Shown in pieces: positions 1 to 9,391 of a DNA stretch of 64,000 nt (positions are counted from its first letter, which is position 1; each line of letters starts with the position of its first letter). The notes under the pieces were generated by a model. It was not told the origin of the DNA. It ran no database searches and saw only the letters and a list, made by a program, of their open reading frames with translations. The stretch lies in the NCBI GenBank assembly GCA_000004985.1, contig GG738915.1; one strand, written 5' to 3'. This DNA is from Naegleria gruberi (taxonomy: Eukaryota). A program made the position numbers and the translations under genes.

Positions 1-3000
1 ATTAAATATTTCATTTGCTACCTTGTTCGGAAGTGAAGTTGAGAGTGGAAAGACAATTGTCTTGTTGCAACAACCTTGCTTTTTTGGAGTGGTGAGATTA
101 ATTAAAAAGTATTGTTTGGGAAAGAGTTGGATTGATGTCATTACATTTGAGAATATTGATGAATTGTTGGAAAAGTTTAAAAATTTTCAAAGTGCTGCTT
201 CTGTAAATAGAATTGTAATTTATCTTTGCTCTAATTATCAACCAAATTCGGGAAATATTTTGAGTGAAGGGGAAAAATCTGACCTTTGTAATCTTGTTTC
301 GAAGAATATAATTGAAACGACCATCATTGAAGATAATCCATATGATTTTCTGTATGGCACCGAGAAGAGGCCTAGTACTCTTTTTGAAATACTTCCAGAG
401 AAAACAACTTTAATTGGCGGATTTTCCAAGATTCTTGCTCCAGGAATTCGTGTTGGTTATCTGATTACAAGAAATCAATCATTCAGTGGAAGATTGTACA
501 GAGAGAAGATTGATCAGGACTTGTTTACTTCTACACTGAGTCAGCAAGTTTGTGCCAATGCTTTGCAAGATGTATCGTACCTGTCAGAGTGGAGAGCGTT
601 CGTTCAAAAGAGGGTTCAATGTACTGTTAAATTATTAGAAGAAATATTTGGTGAGGAAAAGAGGAGTGGAAAGATTGAATGGACTAATATTGAAAGTGGA
701 ATTTTTGTCTATTTGAGGTTTTTCAATTCCAATCACGAAGGAGTTGCAAGTATCCAAAAATTACTTGAAATCTCCAAGAATGATTTTGAGCTAGAGTTAG
801 AACCAAGTGGATACTGCTACTTGGATGGATGCTCGAGATTGGAGACTCGCATTAATATTATGCTTTGCGAGAGTGAAGATATTTTAAGAGAGGGCCTGGA
901 AAGATTAAAGATTGCCTATCACAAGTGGACCATCTCTCCAAATGAAACAACCAGCATTCGTTCTATAAGCACTGAAGAAGAAAAACCTAATAAGCAAATA
1001 CTCAAGGTTGTTATCACCTCTGGAGGAACTGCTGTTCCAATCGATTCAGTCAGATATATCACTAACAGCTCTACAGGCACAACAGGAGCTTTAATTGCCG
1101 AGGAATTTGTAAAGAGGGGCCATTTAGTTTATTACATTCACAGCAAGAATGGAAAAGTTCCTTCGAAGAAATATCCAAACTTGATTTTACTTCCTTACTT
1201 TACCTTTGATGAGTATCTTGAAGTTCTAAAACAAACCACCATTGAATGTAATCCTGACGTCGTCATTTTGAGTGCAGCTGTTAGTGATTATGGTGTACAA
1301 CAAGCTCATGAGGGAAAGATTAGCTCTGATCTCGACACTCAAACCCTTACACTTGTCAAGTTGCCAAAGATTATTTCCTTGGTGAAACACTGGAATCCTA
1401 AAGTATTTCTTGTCGGATTCAAATTGCTTGCTGGAGCCACTACTGAAACACTTATTGATACAGCTTACAAATCTGGTATTAGAAATCATTGTAACCTCAC
1501 TGTTGCTAACACAACCACAAAGGATGACATGTCTAATTTCGGAAAGAGAATTATTACCATCATTACACCAGAGAAGAGCGTCATTTCCACATCAGTGAGA
1601 GATCTACCAAATGCATTGACTACTCATGTCGAAAAGAGAGTCTCCCACAAACACTACAAAACAATTGTTATTCCCTCTGATCACAAGGATTACATTAATT
1701 ATGAAAAAGTTATGGGCGAATCCATTCAGACCATGTTCTCCAACATCCAAAAAGGATATACTTTGGGATTATTTGATAGCTATTTTAAGGATGAAACAAT
1801 TTCAGATATGAATTCACATTTTGGATTTGTAGCAATGCGTGCCCCAGAACCATATAGTGGCTTCTTGATTACTTCCAGAGGAAGTGATAAAAGTCAACCA
1901 AGTATTAAGGATATTACCTACATTTCCAAAGTTGATTTCCAAGCAAGAACTTTGCATGTTCATTCAACTCATAGACAAAAGGCCTCTCTCAATGCTAATG
2001 TTGCTGGATGGTTATTTGAGAATAGACCGTTGGTTAATTTGATTTTACATGCTCACATCTTCCCAAGTTGTGATAACAAGACTGATTTTGACTATTCACC
2101 AGGTACTCAAGAGGATGTCGATGCTGTAGCTAGAAAAATGTCAAACAATGAAAAGATTGTGGAAATACCAGATCATGGTGTCATTTCAGTCTCTAACAGT
2201 TCAAGAATTGAAGAGGCTATTGATGCACTCGGAGAAGGACACGCCTATTTCAAGTTTGCTCACCTCTACGATATGATCTATGCAAGATTCCAAAAGTCTA
2301 CAGATTTAATCGATATCTTGGATAGAGAATTTGAAAATAAGGAAAAGGTCAAGGTCTTGGATTTGGCTTGTGGAACTGGTGAAGTTTCACGACTCATGTA
2401 CGAGAGAGGACTCAAGAATATTACATTCGCCGATCAGAGTGACAAAATGTTGAACTATGCCCACAAAAAATTCATTGATAATTTTGGAGAGGAGATTTCT
2501 AATGGAATTTCAAAACATGTTACTTCCATGCAAGATTTGAAAGTCAATAATGAAAAATTCGACCTGATTGTCATAAGACAGGCCATAAATTATGCAATGA
2601 ATTTGGAAGGATTGGAAATGATTGTTAAGAATTGCTATGAGCATTTAAATGATGGTGGAAAATTAATTTTCAACACTACAAACTTTAAATTGGATCAGGA
2701 AGGTAAATTTGCCAAGTTGAGGGAATTGAATTATGTTGCCACAGATGGACATGTTGGTATTGCTTCCACTTCAAGAAATGAGCAAGTTCCCTTCGATGTC
2801 TACATTAGGGAAGGTAACTTGTTGTATAGAGTGGATTCTGATAAGGGTGAGAGAAAGGAAATTCGAATGTTGGTTCACGCTCAACATTGCGTTGTCGAGA
2901 GAGTCATTGCAGAAAGTGGTGATAACTTTATATTTGATAGACATGTTCTCTTTGATCTCAACAAATTTGGCATGTTCACTCAACAGGAAATCACCACTGA

Positions 3001-3115
3001 ATTACTCAATGCTCAATTCAAACATGTGAAATGTCTTGGAAAGGGTCTAATTGAAATCAATGAGGAAAATTCTAACACCTCACCTTCCCTCTACTTTGTT
3101 GCCACTAAAAATTAA
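1..3115 (+). CDS. 5'-truncated multidomain protein: class I/II aminotransferase (ARO8/AADAT/KAT-like, C-terminal part) + phosphopantothenoylcysteine synthetase-like (CoaB/DFP) domain + class II aldolase/adducin-like domain + class I SAM-dependent methyltransferase domain
   Basis: One stop-free frame (frame 2) runs from the window start to the TAA ending at 3115; chance is negligible in AT-rich DNA. The track ORF 23..3115 begins at TTG, and the frame is open back to nt 2, so the 5' end lies outside the window. Aminotransferase domain, about nt 1-950: PLP-lysine motif GGFSKILAPGIRVGYL at nt ~416-460, with an AADAT/ARO8-like C-lobe after it. PPCS-like domain, about nt 1000-1700: KVVITSGGTAVPIDSVRYITNSSTGTTGALIAEEF and VVILSAAVSDY. 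Class II aldolase-like domain, about nt 1800-2240: GFLITSRG, NLILHAHIFP and EIPDHGVISVS, which match the Zn-His triad pattern of FucA/MtnB. Methyltransferase domain, about nt 2260-3112: motif I VLDLACGTG, acidic FADQSD, FDLIVI and LNDGGKLIF. Confidence 0.8.
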   Translation, partial: LNISFATLFGSEVESGKTIVLLQQPCFFGVVRLIKKYCLGKSWIDVITFENIDELLEKFKNFQSAASVNRIVIYLCSNYQPNSGNILSEGEKSDLCNLVSKNIIETTIIEDNPYDFLYGTEKRPSTLFEILPEKTTLIGGFSKILAPGIRVGYLITRNQSFSGRLYREKIDQDLFTSTLSQQVCANALQDVSYLSEWRAFVQKRVQCTVKLLEEIFGEEKRSGKIEWTNIESGIFVYLRFFNSNHEGVASIQKLLEISKNDFELELEPSGYCYLDGCSRLETRINIMLCESEDILREGLERLKIAYHKWTISPNETTSIRSISTEEEKPNKQILKVVITSGGTAVPIDSVRYITNSSTGTTGALIAEEFVKRGHLVYYIHSKNGKVPSKKYPNLILLPYFTFDEYLEVLKQTTIECNPDVVILSAAVSDYGVQQAHEGKISSDLDTQTLTLVKLPKIISLVKHWNPKVFLVGFKLLAGATTETLIDTAYKSGIRNHCNLTVANTTTKDDMSNFGKRIITIITPEKSVISTSVRDLPNALTTHVEKRVSHKHYKTIVIPSDHKDYINYEKVMGESIQTMFSNIQKGYTLGLFDSYFKDETISDMNSHFGFVAMRAPEPYSGFLITSRGSDKSQPSIKDITYISKVDFQARTLHVHSTHRQKASLNANVAGWLFENRPLVNLILHAHIFPSCDNKTDFDYSPGTQEDVDAVARKMSNNEKIVEIPDHGVISVSNSSRIEEAIDALGEGHAYFKFAHLYDMIYARFQKSTDLIDILDREFENKEKVKVLDLACGTGEVSRLMYERGLKNITFADQSDKMLNYAHKKFIDNFGEEISNGISKHVTSMQDLKVNNEKFDLIVIRQAINYAMNLEGLEMIVKNCYEHLNDGGKLIFNTTNFKLDQEGKFAKLRELNYVATDGHVGIASTSRNEQVPFDVYIREGNLLYRVDSDKGERKEIRMLVHAQHCVVERVIAESGDNFIFDRHVLFDLNKFGMFTQQEITTELLNAQFKHVKCLGKGLIEINEENSNTSPSLYFVATKN

Positions 3116-3268
3116 GTAAACAAACTCTTCAAATTATTATTAAGGTTAATCTTTCCCGCCATTTCCTTGTTATCGTTTCTCAAATTTCTCAAATCAAAAA
3201 AAAAGAAAATTCTTCCATCGAAGCAATAAAACGTGAATTCACAATCGGTTTGTTAAGGTCAGAGCGAT

Positions 3269-4560
3269 ATGAGTGGAAAATCAATTTATTCGGGAGAAAT
3301 TGAGGATGGCTGTTTTCATGGCAAAGGAACCATGATCTATGCCAATCAAGAGAAATATGAAGTGAGTATATTGTTGTTCTACTCATTCATCATAACTATT
3401 ATAACTATTGATTATTAATATAATTTATCTTAATGCTTGTATTGCTTAGGGAGATTGGGTGAAAGGAAAAAAGCATGGTGTAGGAGCCTTTACCTATTCC
3501 GATGGTTCTTATTATGAAGGTAAGGAAATTTCTTCACCATCATCAATGCTTATTATTACATCAAATTATTATATTAAATAGGCGAATGGATAAATGATCA
3601 AATTAATGGAAAAGGAACATTCCTCTACGCCAATGGAAATCGATATGTTGGAGAGTGGGCCGATTCAGTAATTAGTGGACGAGGCGTTCTGTACTATTCC
3701 GATGGTGATCGATATGATGGAGAATTTAAGGAAGGAAGAATGAATGGTGAGGGAATTTATTGTTATGCTGAGGGAGATCGATATGAAGGATCGTTTGTGG
3801 ATGATCAAAGACATGGAAAGGGAATAATGAGTTATGCTGGAGAGAATGGATCAATCTTTGAACGATATGAAGGTAGAGTAGATGAATTCAATTCATGAAA
3901 CTAACCATGTTGATTTTCTAATAAGGCGATTGGGCATTTGGTAAAATGGAAGGCATTGGAAAGTACCTATATAGTGATGGAAGTATTTACGAGGGAGAGT
4001 GGAAAGATGGCAAAATGAATGGACAGGGTCTATATAAATTTCAAAATGGTAATAGATATGAAGGCGAGTTTGTTAATGATCAAAAGCATGGTAAGGGTAT
4101 TCTGAGGTATGCCAATGGAGAGGTCTATGAAGGAAGCTGGAAAACTGATAAGCCACATGGAATGGGTACACTGACCTACTCTCACGGTGACAAGTATGTT
4201 GGAGAATTTGTCAATGCCAAGAAACATGGAAAGGGATCACTGGTCTATAGAAATGGTGACATTTATGATGGAGAGTGGAAGAATGATCATGCCAATGGTT
4301 ATGGGGTTTTGGAGTATGCCAATGGATCGAGCTACGAGGGAAACTTTGTGGATGATAAGAAACATGGTCAGGCAATTGTTAGAAGTTCAGATGGAAGTAT
4401 TTTTGAGGGAACGTACGAGAATGGAAGAAAGGAAGGAGAAGGTGTTTTAACATTGCAAGATGGATCTGTATATAAGGGTGTTTGGAAAGATGGTCTAATT
4501 GTTGGTATGGGTTATTTTATACCTTCAGCTCAATCAATTTGGAGTAGTCCAGATGTGTAG
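3269..4560 (+). CDS. MORN-repeat protein, 4 exons
   Basis: Exons are 3269..3361, 3450..3519, 3582..3872 and 3926..4560 (TAG). The introns are 88, 62 and 53 nt, with donors GTGAGT, GTAAGG and GTAGAG and acceptors TTAG, ATAG and TAAG. Phases are consistent across all junctions. The spliced product is a continuous run of 23-residue MORN units of the form YxGxWxxGKxHGxGxxxYxNGDxYEGE. The track ORF 3946..4560 is only the last exon. Confidence 0.85.
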
Positions 4561-4565
4561 TTTGT

Positions 4566-5081
4566 GGAATTTCCGGGGGGAGATCTAGTGCTGACAAACC
4601 ACTGGAGGTCTGCCTGGCGGGAACACCATTTTTAGTCTCTACAGTGACGCTTTTGTAATTAAAAAAAATAATTTAAAAAATTGGATTGTTGTTGACTACT
4701 CCGCTCACAAACATAATTTCATTTAATTTGTTGATAGTTTTCTTGATACATCACATGAACAATATGTTTAACCACATTTTTACTTTTAAACAATTCTTTT
4801 CAGCTTCGGAAACTTATTTTAATTTCGTTGATAAGAATGACATTATAGTAAGAGAAAGTTTGTTTATTGGTTTAGTGCAGACAATTAGTATATCAGTATT
4901 TGATTCTACCAATTCCATCACATATGTGGGTTGACCATGTAATTAGGTTGTGACATTTTTTTTTAATAAATCTAATAATAATAGGGTTCATATTTAGGTG
5001 GTTAGAAAACTGTAGAGAACTAATATGTTAATAAGGAATAGAGTGGACCATAGACTGGAGATCTCCCCCCCCGGGAATTTC
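4566..5081. mobile_element. Putative non-autonomous DNA transposon / MITE-like insertion, about 500 bp, with terminal inverted repeats and an 8-bp target-site duplication
   Basis: The left end reads GGAATTTC-C-G6-AGATCT (4566-4586). The right end reads AGATCT-C8-G-GGAATTTC (5059-5081). The inverted repeat is CG(6-8)AGATCT, 13-15 bp, differing only in homopolymer length. The identical direct repeat GGAATTTC sits immediately outside both repeats (4566-4573 and 5074-5081). The interior is AT-rich with no convincing ORF; track ORF 4686..4934 is low-complexity. Poly-G/poly-C runs are otherwise almost absent from the window. Confidence 0.5.
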
Positions 5082-5443
5082 GAATATTTTCTAACGAAAG
5101 ATAAAAGAATTGATGTTCACAATATGAGAAATGTTCTATTTTGAGAGATATAATCGCTGTTAGATCCTCAATACCACAAGAGTCAATTGTTTCTGGAGTT
5201 TTTTACTTCTTCAAGTCAGCAATCATCAAGAAAACAACAACACCTCATCGTAATATAATGCCATCTACAGCGAGAGATCCATCTCCCATTATGACACTTA
5301 ATGAACTCTCTGCCGTTGATGATAAAATGTACAACCCTCAACAAGACTACTCAATCTGTCATTTTCCCTCACTTTAAAAAAAAACTACGAAAACAACAAA
5401 ACCATTCAATAATTGGCCACTTAACCAAGAATTCTTTTTCAAA

Positions 5444-6946
5444 ATGGTCCTCAAGAATTTAATACCCTTCTTTAAGAGTGATAATAGCAACAATGATTCA
5501 CCTCCTCCCAACTCACCTACAACAACTATTCCACCAACAACTCAAATCTATCAGCCACCACCAACTCCAGAAAATAGACAACGAGATAATGATCAAATTG
5601 CAGCACTTGCATTGAGTCCAAGAAATCAACAAACTCAAAGACACTTTCGTTCTCCATCAATTTCCATTCCAACCACAAACAGCAACAATCAACAGCAACA
5701 ACCAACAAGTCCAACCAACACTTCTCCAACTACTAACAATACACGAAACAGAGCAATTAGTTCTCCTTTTTCATTCACCAGAAAGAGAGGAACCAGCAAT
5801 GTTTCGAATGGAAGTAATAACGGCAGTACAAGTCCTAGAGGCATTAATGGTGGTGCTTCATCTCCTCGTAATAGCCCTCAACAACCATCATCTCCAAGAA
5901 ACTTGGTGAGAGAACCAACAAGAGAAGAAAGAAGAAAGCAATTATTTAAAGAATTTGAAATGAAGAAAGTTGTCATTTATTCGAATTGTAAACGTTTGAG
6001 AGCTTTACTTGATGTTTTGATTGAAAGAGCTAAACCACATCAAGTTCAGAATGTTTCCTATGTTTTGGCACAAATGTCAGTTGTCGAAACGACTGGTTTA
6101 CCTCCAACCACTGAAAATGATCTTAAAGTTGTAAAGAGCGAATTGAATTCGATTAATCTGGAAATTTTCAGATTATCCTTGTTGATTTCTGAAAGCTACA
6201 AACAAGAAGTTTTACATCTGACAGGTGCCTCAACAATACATGACACGCGTTCACCAACAAGCATTGAAGATGAACAATTATTTGGAAATGTCAGCTGTGA
6301 ATCTGTCATTTTGAAAATAATTGGTAGAGAATTATCAGATCTTGAAAGAGATTTAGAAAGAATGCATCGTAGATGTAGAGGAAATAAGAAGAAACCTATT
6401 GAACAACCTATCCAACCTAAACGAAACAATTCCTTATTTGGAAGAAGAAGAGGAGCTTCTGCAATTGAAAGGCCAAGTAGTATGGTTCTTGGAAATCAAG
6501 ATTCAAAGAGAAGAAACTCTATGGAGTTTTATAGATCTTCAATAATTGATGAACTTGGTCAATCAGTGATGGAAAAAGTTATTGAGCGAGTTCAAAACAG
6601 TCAATTTAGAACTGTCACTAAAGAATTGCATATTGAACAGGGAATTTTAATGTTAATAGAGAAAAGATATGAAGAATTTGTGGATAAAATCAATAGATGT
6701 GACATTGACATTTATAATCCTGTCAGAATGTCAGATTTGAAATCTGAAACATTCTGGACAGATTTCCTCACGAAAAAGATGGCATTCACAGAGAATGAAT
6801 ATCAAAGTGCTCTTCAAAGTTTCTTAATTTCCAAGGAAACTGAAAATAAGAATCAAGAAGGTTCCTCGTCAATGGAAAATCAACTTTCGAATAGTAACTT
6901 TCAGATAGAGAATCGTTCTGAAGAAATTGACTTGTCTGTACAATAA
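5444..6946 (+). CDS. Hypothetical protein (500 aa); N-terminal S/T/P/N/Q-rich low-complexity region, C-terminal globular region of unknown function
   Basis: Long ORF with an ATG at 5444 and a TAA ending at 6946. No recognisable catalytic motifs. The composition is protein-like, with a basic/Ser-rich linker. Confidence 0.7.
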   Translation: MVLKNLIPFFKSDNSNNDSPPPNSPTTTIPPTTQIYQPPPTPENRQRDNDQIAALALSPRNQQTQRHFRSPSISIPTTNSNNQQQQPTSPTNTSPTTNNTRNRAISSPFSFTRKRGTSNVSNGSNNGSTSPRGINGGASSPRNSPQQPSSPRNLVREPTREERRKQLFKEFEMKKVVIYSNCKRLRALLDVLIERAKPHQVQNVSYVLAQMSVVETTGLPPTTENDLKVVKSELNSINLEIFRLSLLISESYKQEVLHLTGASTIHDTRSPTSIEDEQLFGNVSCESVILKIIGRELSDLERDLERMHRRCRGNKKKPIEQPIQPKRNNSLFGRRRGASAIERPSSMVLGNQDSKRRNSMEFYRSSIIDELGQSVMEKVIERVQNSQFRTVTKELHIEQGILMLIEKRYEEFVDKINRCDIDIYNPVRMSDLKSETFWTDFLTKKMAFTENEYQSALQSFLISKETENKNQEGSSSMENQLSNSNFQIENRSEEIDLSVQ

Positions 6947-7680
6947 AAAATGTAAATTTTCTCTCTGTTTGAAATCAAAACTATTCGAAAAGCTAATATT
7001 TGAATATTTCAGTGCAATCTTTCGAATAGTATTGATCTGTCAATTTCTTACTCGAATATAACTGAAGTTGATTAATAGTAATTTAGTATTGAATCTAAAC
7101 TTATTATCTCTCAAATAACGGTGACATTAAACGCACATCATTATGATTAGTGACATACACCTTTAAAATTTACAAAAAATCACTTCACCCTAATCTCTCA
7201 CAATAAAAAAAATCCAAAAGCAAAACTCTGAAACGATCCTTAAATCAATGATGACACAAGTCAGCATCAATACAAGTCACTTGTCTCTCCCAAAAATTGA
7301 AACCTCCTTAATAAAATGAAATTCAAAATCTCCCGCCCTTTTCCCAAAGTATTCAACCTCACCTAACAATTGATATCTAAGGAATCTCTCTACTGAAAAA
7401 ATTAAAAAAAAAGGTCAACCGCGAAACCTGAAACTCTAGCCGTTCGTTGACGTTAGCTGCATCAAAAAAGAAGAGGCGACACCAAGAAGATTCATAACAT
7501 CGGATGATTGAATTGATTCAAAAACAGACAACCTTCAACAATTCATCCTTATCCGCTTGATCTTCCCAATTATCATCATTTGTAAATAATTTAATAAGAA
7601 AAAAGAATAAGAACAATACATTTAACTTCATCATCCAATTGAAGAAGAACATCAACAACAAGTATTCAATAACGAGTATT

Positions 7681-8661
7681 ATGATCATAATAAGTGGAAC
7701 GCGGGCAGATGATTTCGATCTGATACCCATGAGTCTCTCAGATAGTGGAGACACAACATCAATGAGGAGTTATGTTATTCAGAATCGAGCACTTCGTTCC
7801 AATTCTTTACAACCTTCATCACCCTCATCGTTTAGTCCTCAGTTTCCAAATAATCAAAGCAACTATTCAACTAATAGTACCACTTCGACAATGAGTGGTT
7901 CCAACTCAAATACATCTAAGAGAAATTCCTCACTTTCGCATCTGTGTTATTCGCAAGAGTTTGTGGAGAATCATTTGAAGAGTACAGCAGAGATGGCAAG
8001 TCAGTTTGAAATACGAAAAGTGCTCTTGATAGGTGCTTGTAGAATGTTTAAAGATTTTCTATTGAATTATAAGAAGGGCAAGTCAGATGATGTCACTGGT
8101 TTTATTCGAGTCAAGATTGAGTTTATTAGAACTGAATGTAAAAAGCTGTCCTTATTGGCAGAGACAATATATATAACTACTCCTTCTCATCACAGAAAAA
8201 TGGAGTGCTGTTGTAATGTCATTTCACAAATGGATATTATTAATGAGATTGTTGATAATCTCACTAAGATTGAACGAGATGCAGAGTGTCTTCACTCAAC
8301 CCTGAAACAGGGTGTTTCAAAGTCATTTCGGTCTAATTCTTTGGTATCGTTTTCGTATGATTTCCAAAGAGCTTCCACAGCACTGGAAGCTGTAGATGAA
8401 TTACCCTTAGAAAAAGGAATCACCCTGCTTCTCCTTAGAAGAAATCTCGAGAGGAGAACTAATCGAATGCTCACCAATACTCTCCTAGACCCAATCTCAA
8501 CCAAAGAAGACGAGCAAGCCGACAAGTTGTACCTGCAGGAAGAAATAGGACTCCTTCCCAAAGAATTTCAAACCACTCTTAATCGTTTCTACATGGCTCA
8601 ACGAGGTGGCTCTTTCTGTTCACTCACTGACTTGATTCCAGACGATTCCTTTGAAGATTAA
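7681..8661 (+). CDS. Hypothetical protein (about 326 aa from first ATG)
   Basis: The track ORF 7639..8661 begins at TTG. The first in-frame ATG is at 7681 (MIIISGTRADDFDLIPMSLSD...). The N-terminal part is Ser/Asn-rich and the C-terminal part Cys-containing. No family recognised. Confidence 0.6.
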   Translation: MIIISGTRADDFDLIPMSLSDSGDTTSMRSYVIQNRALRSNSLQPSSPSSFSPQFPNNQSNYSTNSTTSTMSGSNSNTSKRNSSLSHLCYSQEFVENHLKSTAEMASQFEIRKVLLIGACRMFKDFLLNYKKGKSDDVTGFIRVKIEFIRTECKKLSLLAETIYITTPSHHRKMECCCNVISQMDIINEIVDNLTKIERDAECLHSTLKQGVSKSFRSNSLVSFSYDFQRASTALEAVDELPLEKGITLLLLRRNLERRTNRMLTNTLLDPISTKEDEQADKLYLQEEIGLLPKEFQTTLNRFYMAQRGGSFCSLTDLIPDDSFED

Positions 8662-9391
8662 ATAAATTGCATTGCTCTTCAACTCTAATTAGAATCAAAA
8701 TTGTTAAATATCTAATCAACCCTGCATCATTTGAGGAGCAGCCCCCAAATATTACATGACCATTAGATTATAGTCCAATGAGCTTTGAGCCTTTCGCTCC
8801 ATAATATTGTTTTTACATATTTTTCTAAGGTTCCATTTCCAATTAGAAATCATATAGATACCATTTGGTAGCTTTGTTCTCCAAGCTAGAAATATTATTC
8901 AATTCCATGTGATAAAAAACATCGACAAGCAATACTGTTGGGCAGCAAAAAGAAGAAGAAACGAAGATTTTCTGTGAGAGCAAGTGTGTGCTTTGTGTGA
9001 CCATAATCTTCTCAACAATCTGAGAGAGAATTTTGGGAGTTCTCTTTGAATCATTCCTTTCCCAATTTAAACAAAAACAAAACCAAGAGTCGTGGACAAT
9101 CTTTTCAACAACAACAATACACAACTCCATCACCACAACAACAACAACCTGAGAAAGATTATTTCGGAATTAATTCGACCACAAACAAATAACAACAATT
9201 ACTCTAAGAAGTATAGTTTTATAACACATATACATCATCATTATCAATTTTTTGTACAGAACACAAAACTACATCATCATCACCAACATCATGATATTAT
9301 AAATAATAATAATAATTAAATCATCCGCATCAACCACTACCCAATATTATATACATCATCACATCATCACCAAGTAAATAAACACAACAAC

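Noticed and set aside
4686-4934. 82-aa track ORF inside the MITE-like element
   Set aside because: The peptide is AT-rich, low-complexity and featureless. The element is more parsimoniously non-autonomous, with no transposase.
9092-9319. Track ORF MDNLFNNNNTQLHHHNNNN...
   Set aside because: Pure low-complexity translation of a (CAA/CAT/AAT)-rich spacer upstream of the 9392 gene. It is most likely 5' UTR or promoter, not coding.
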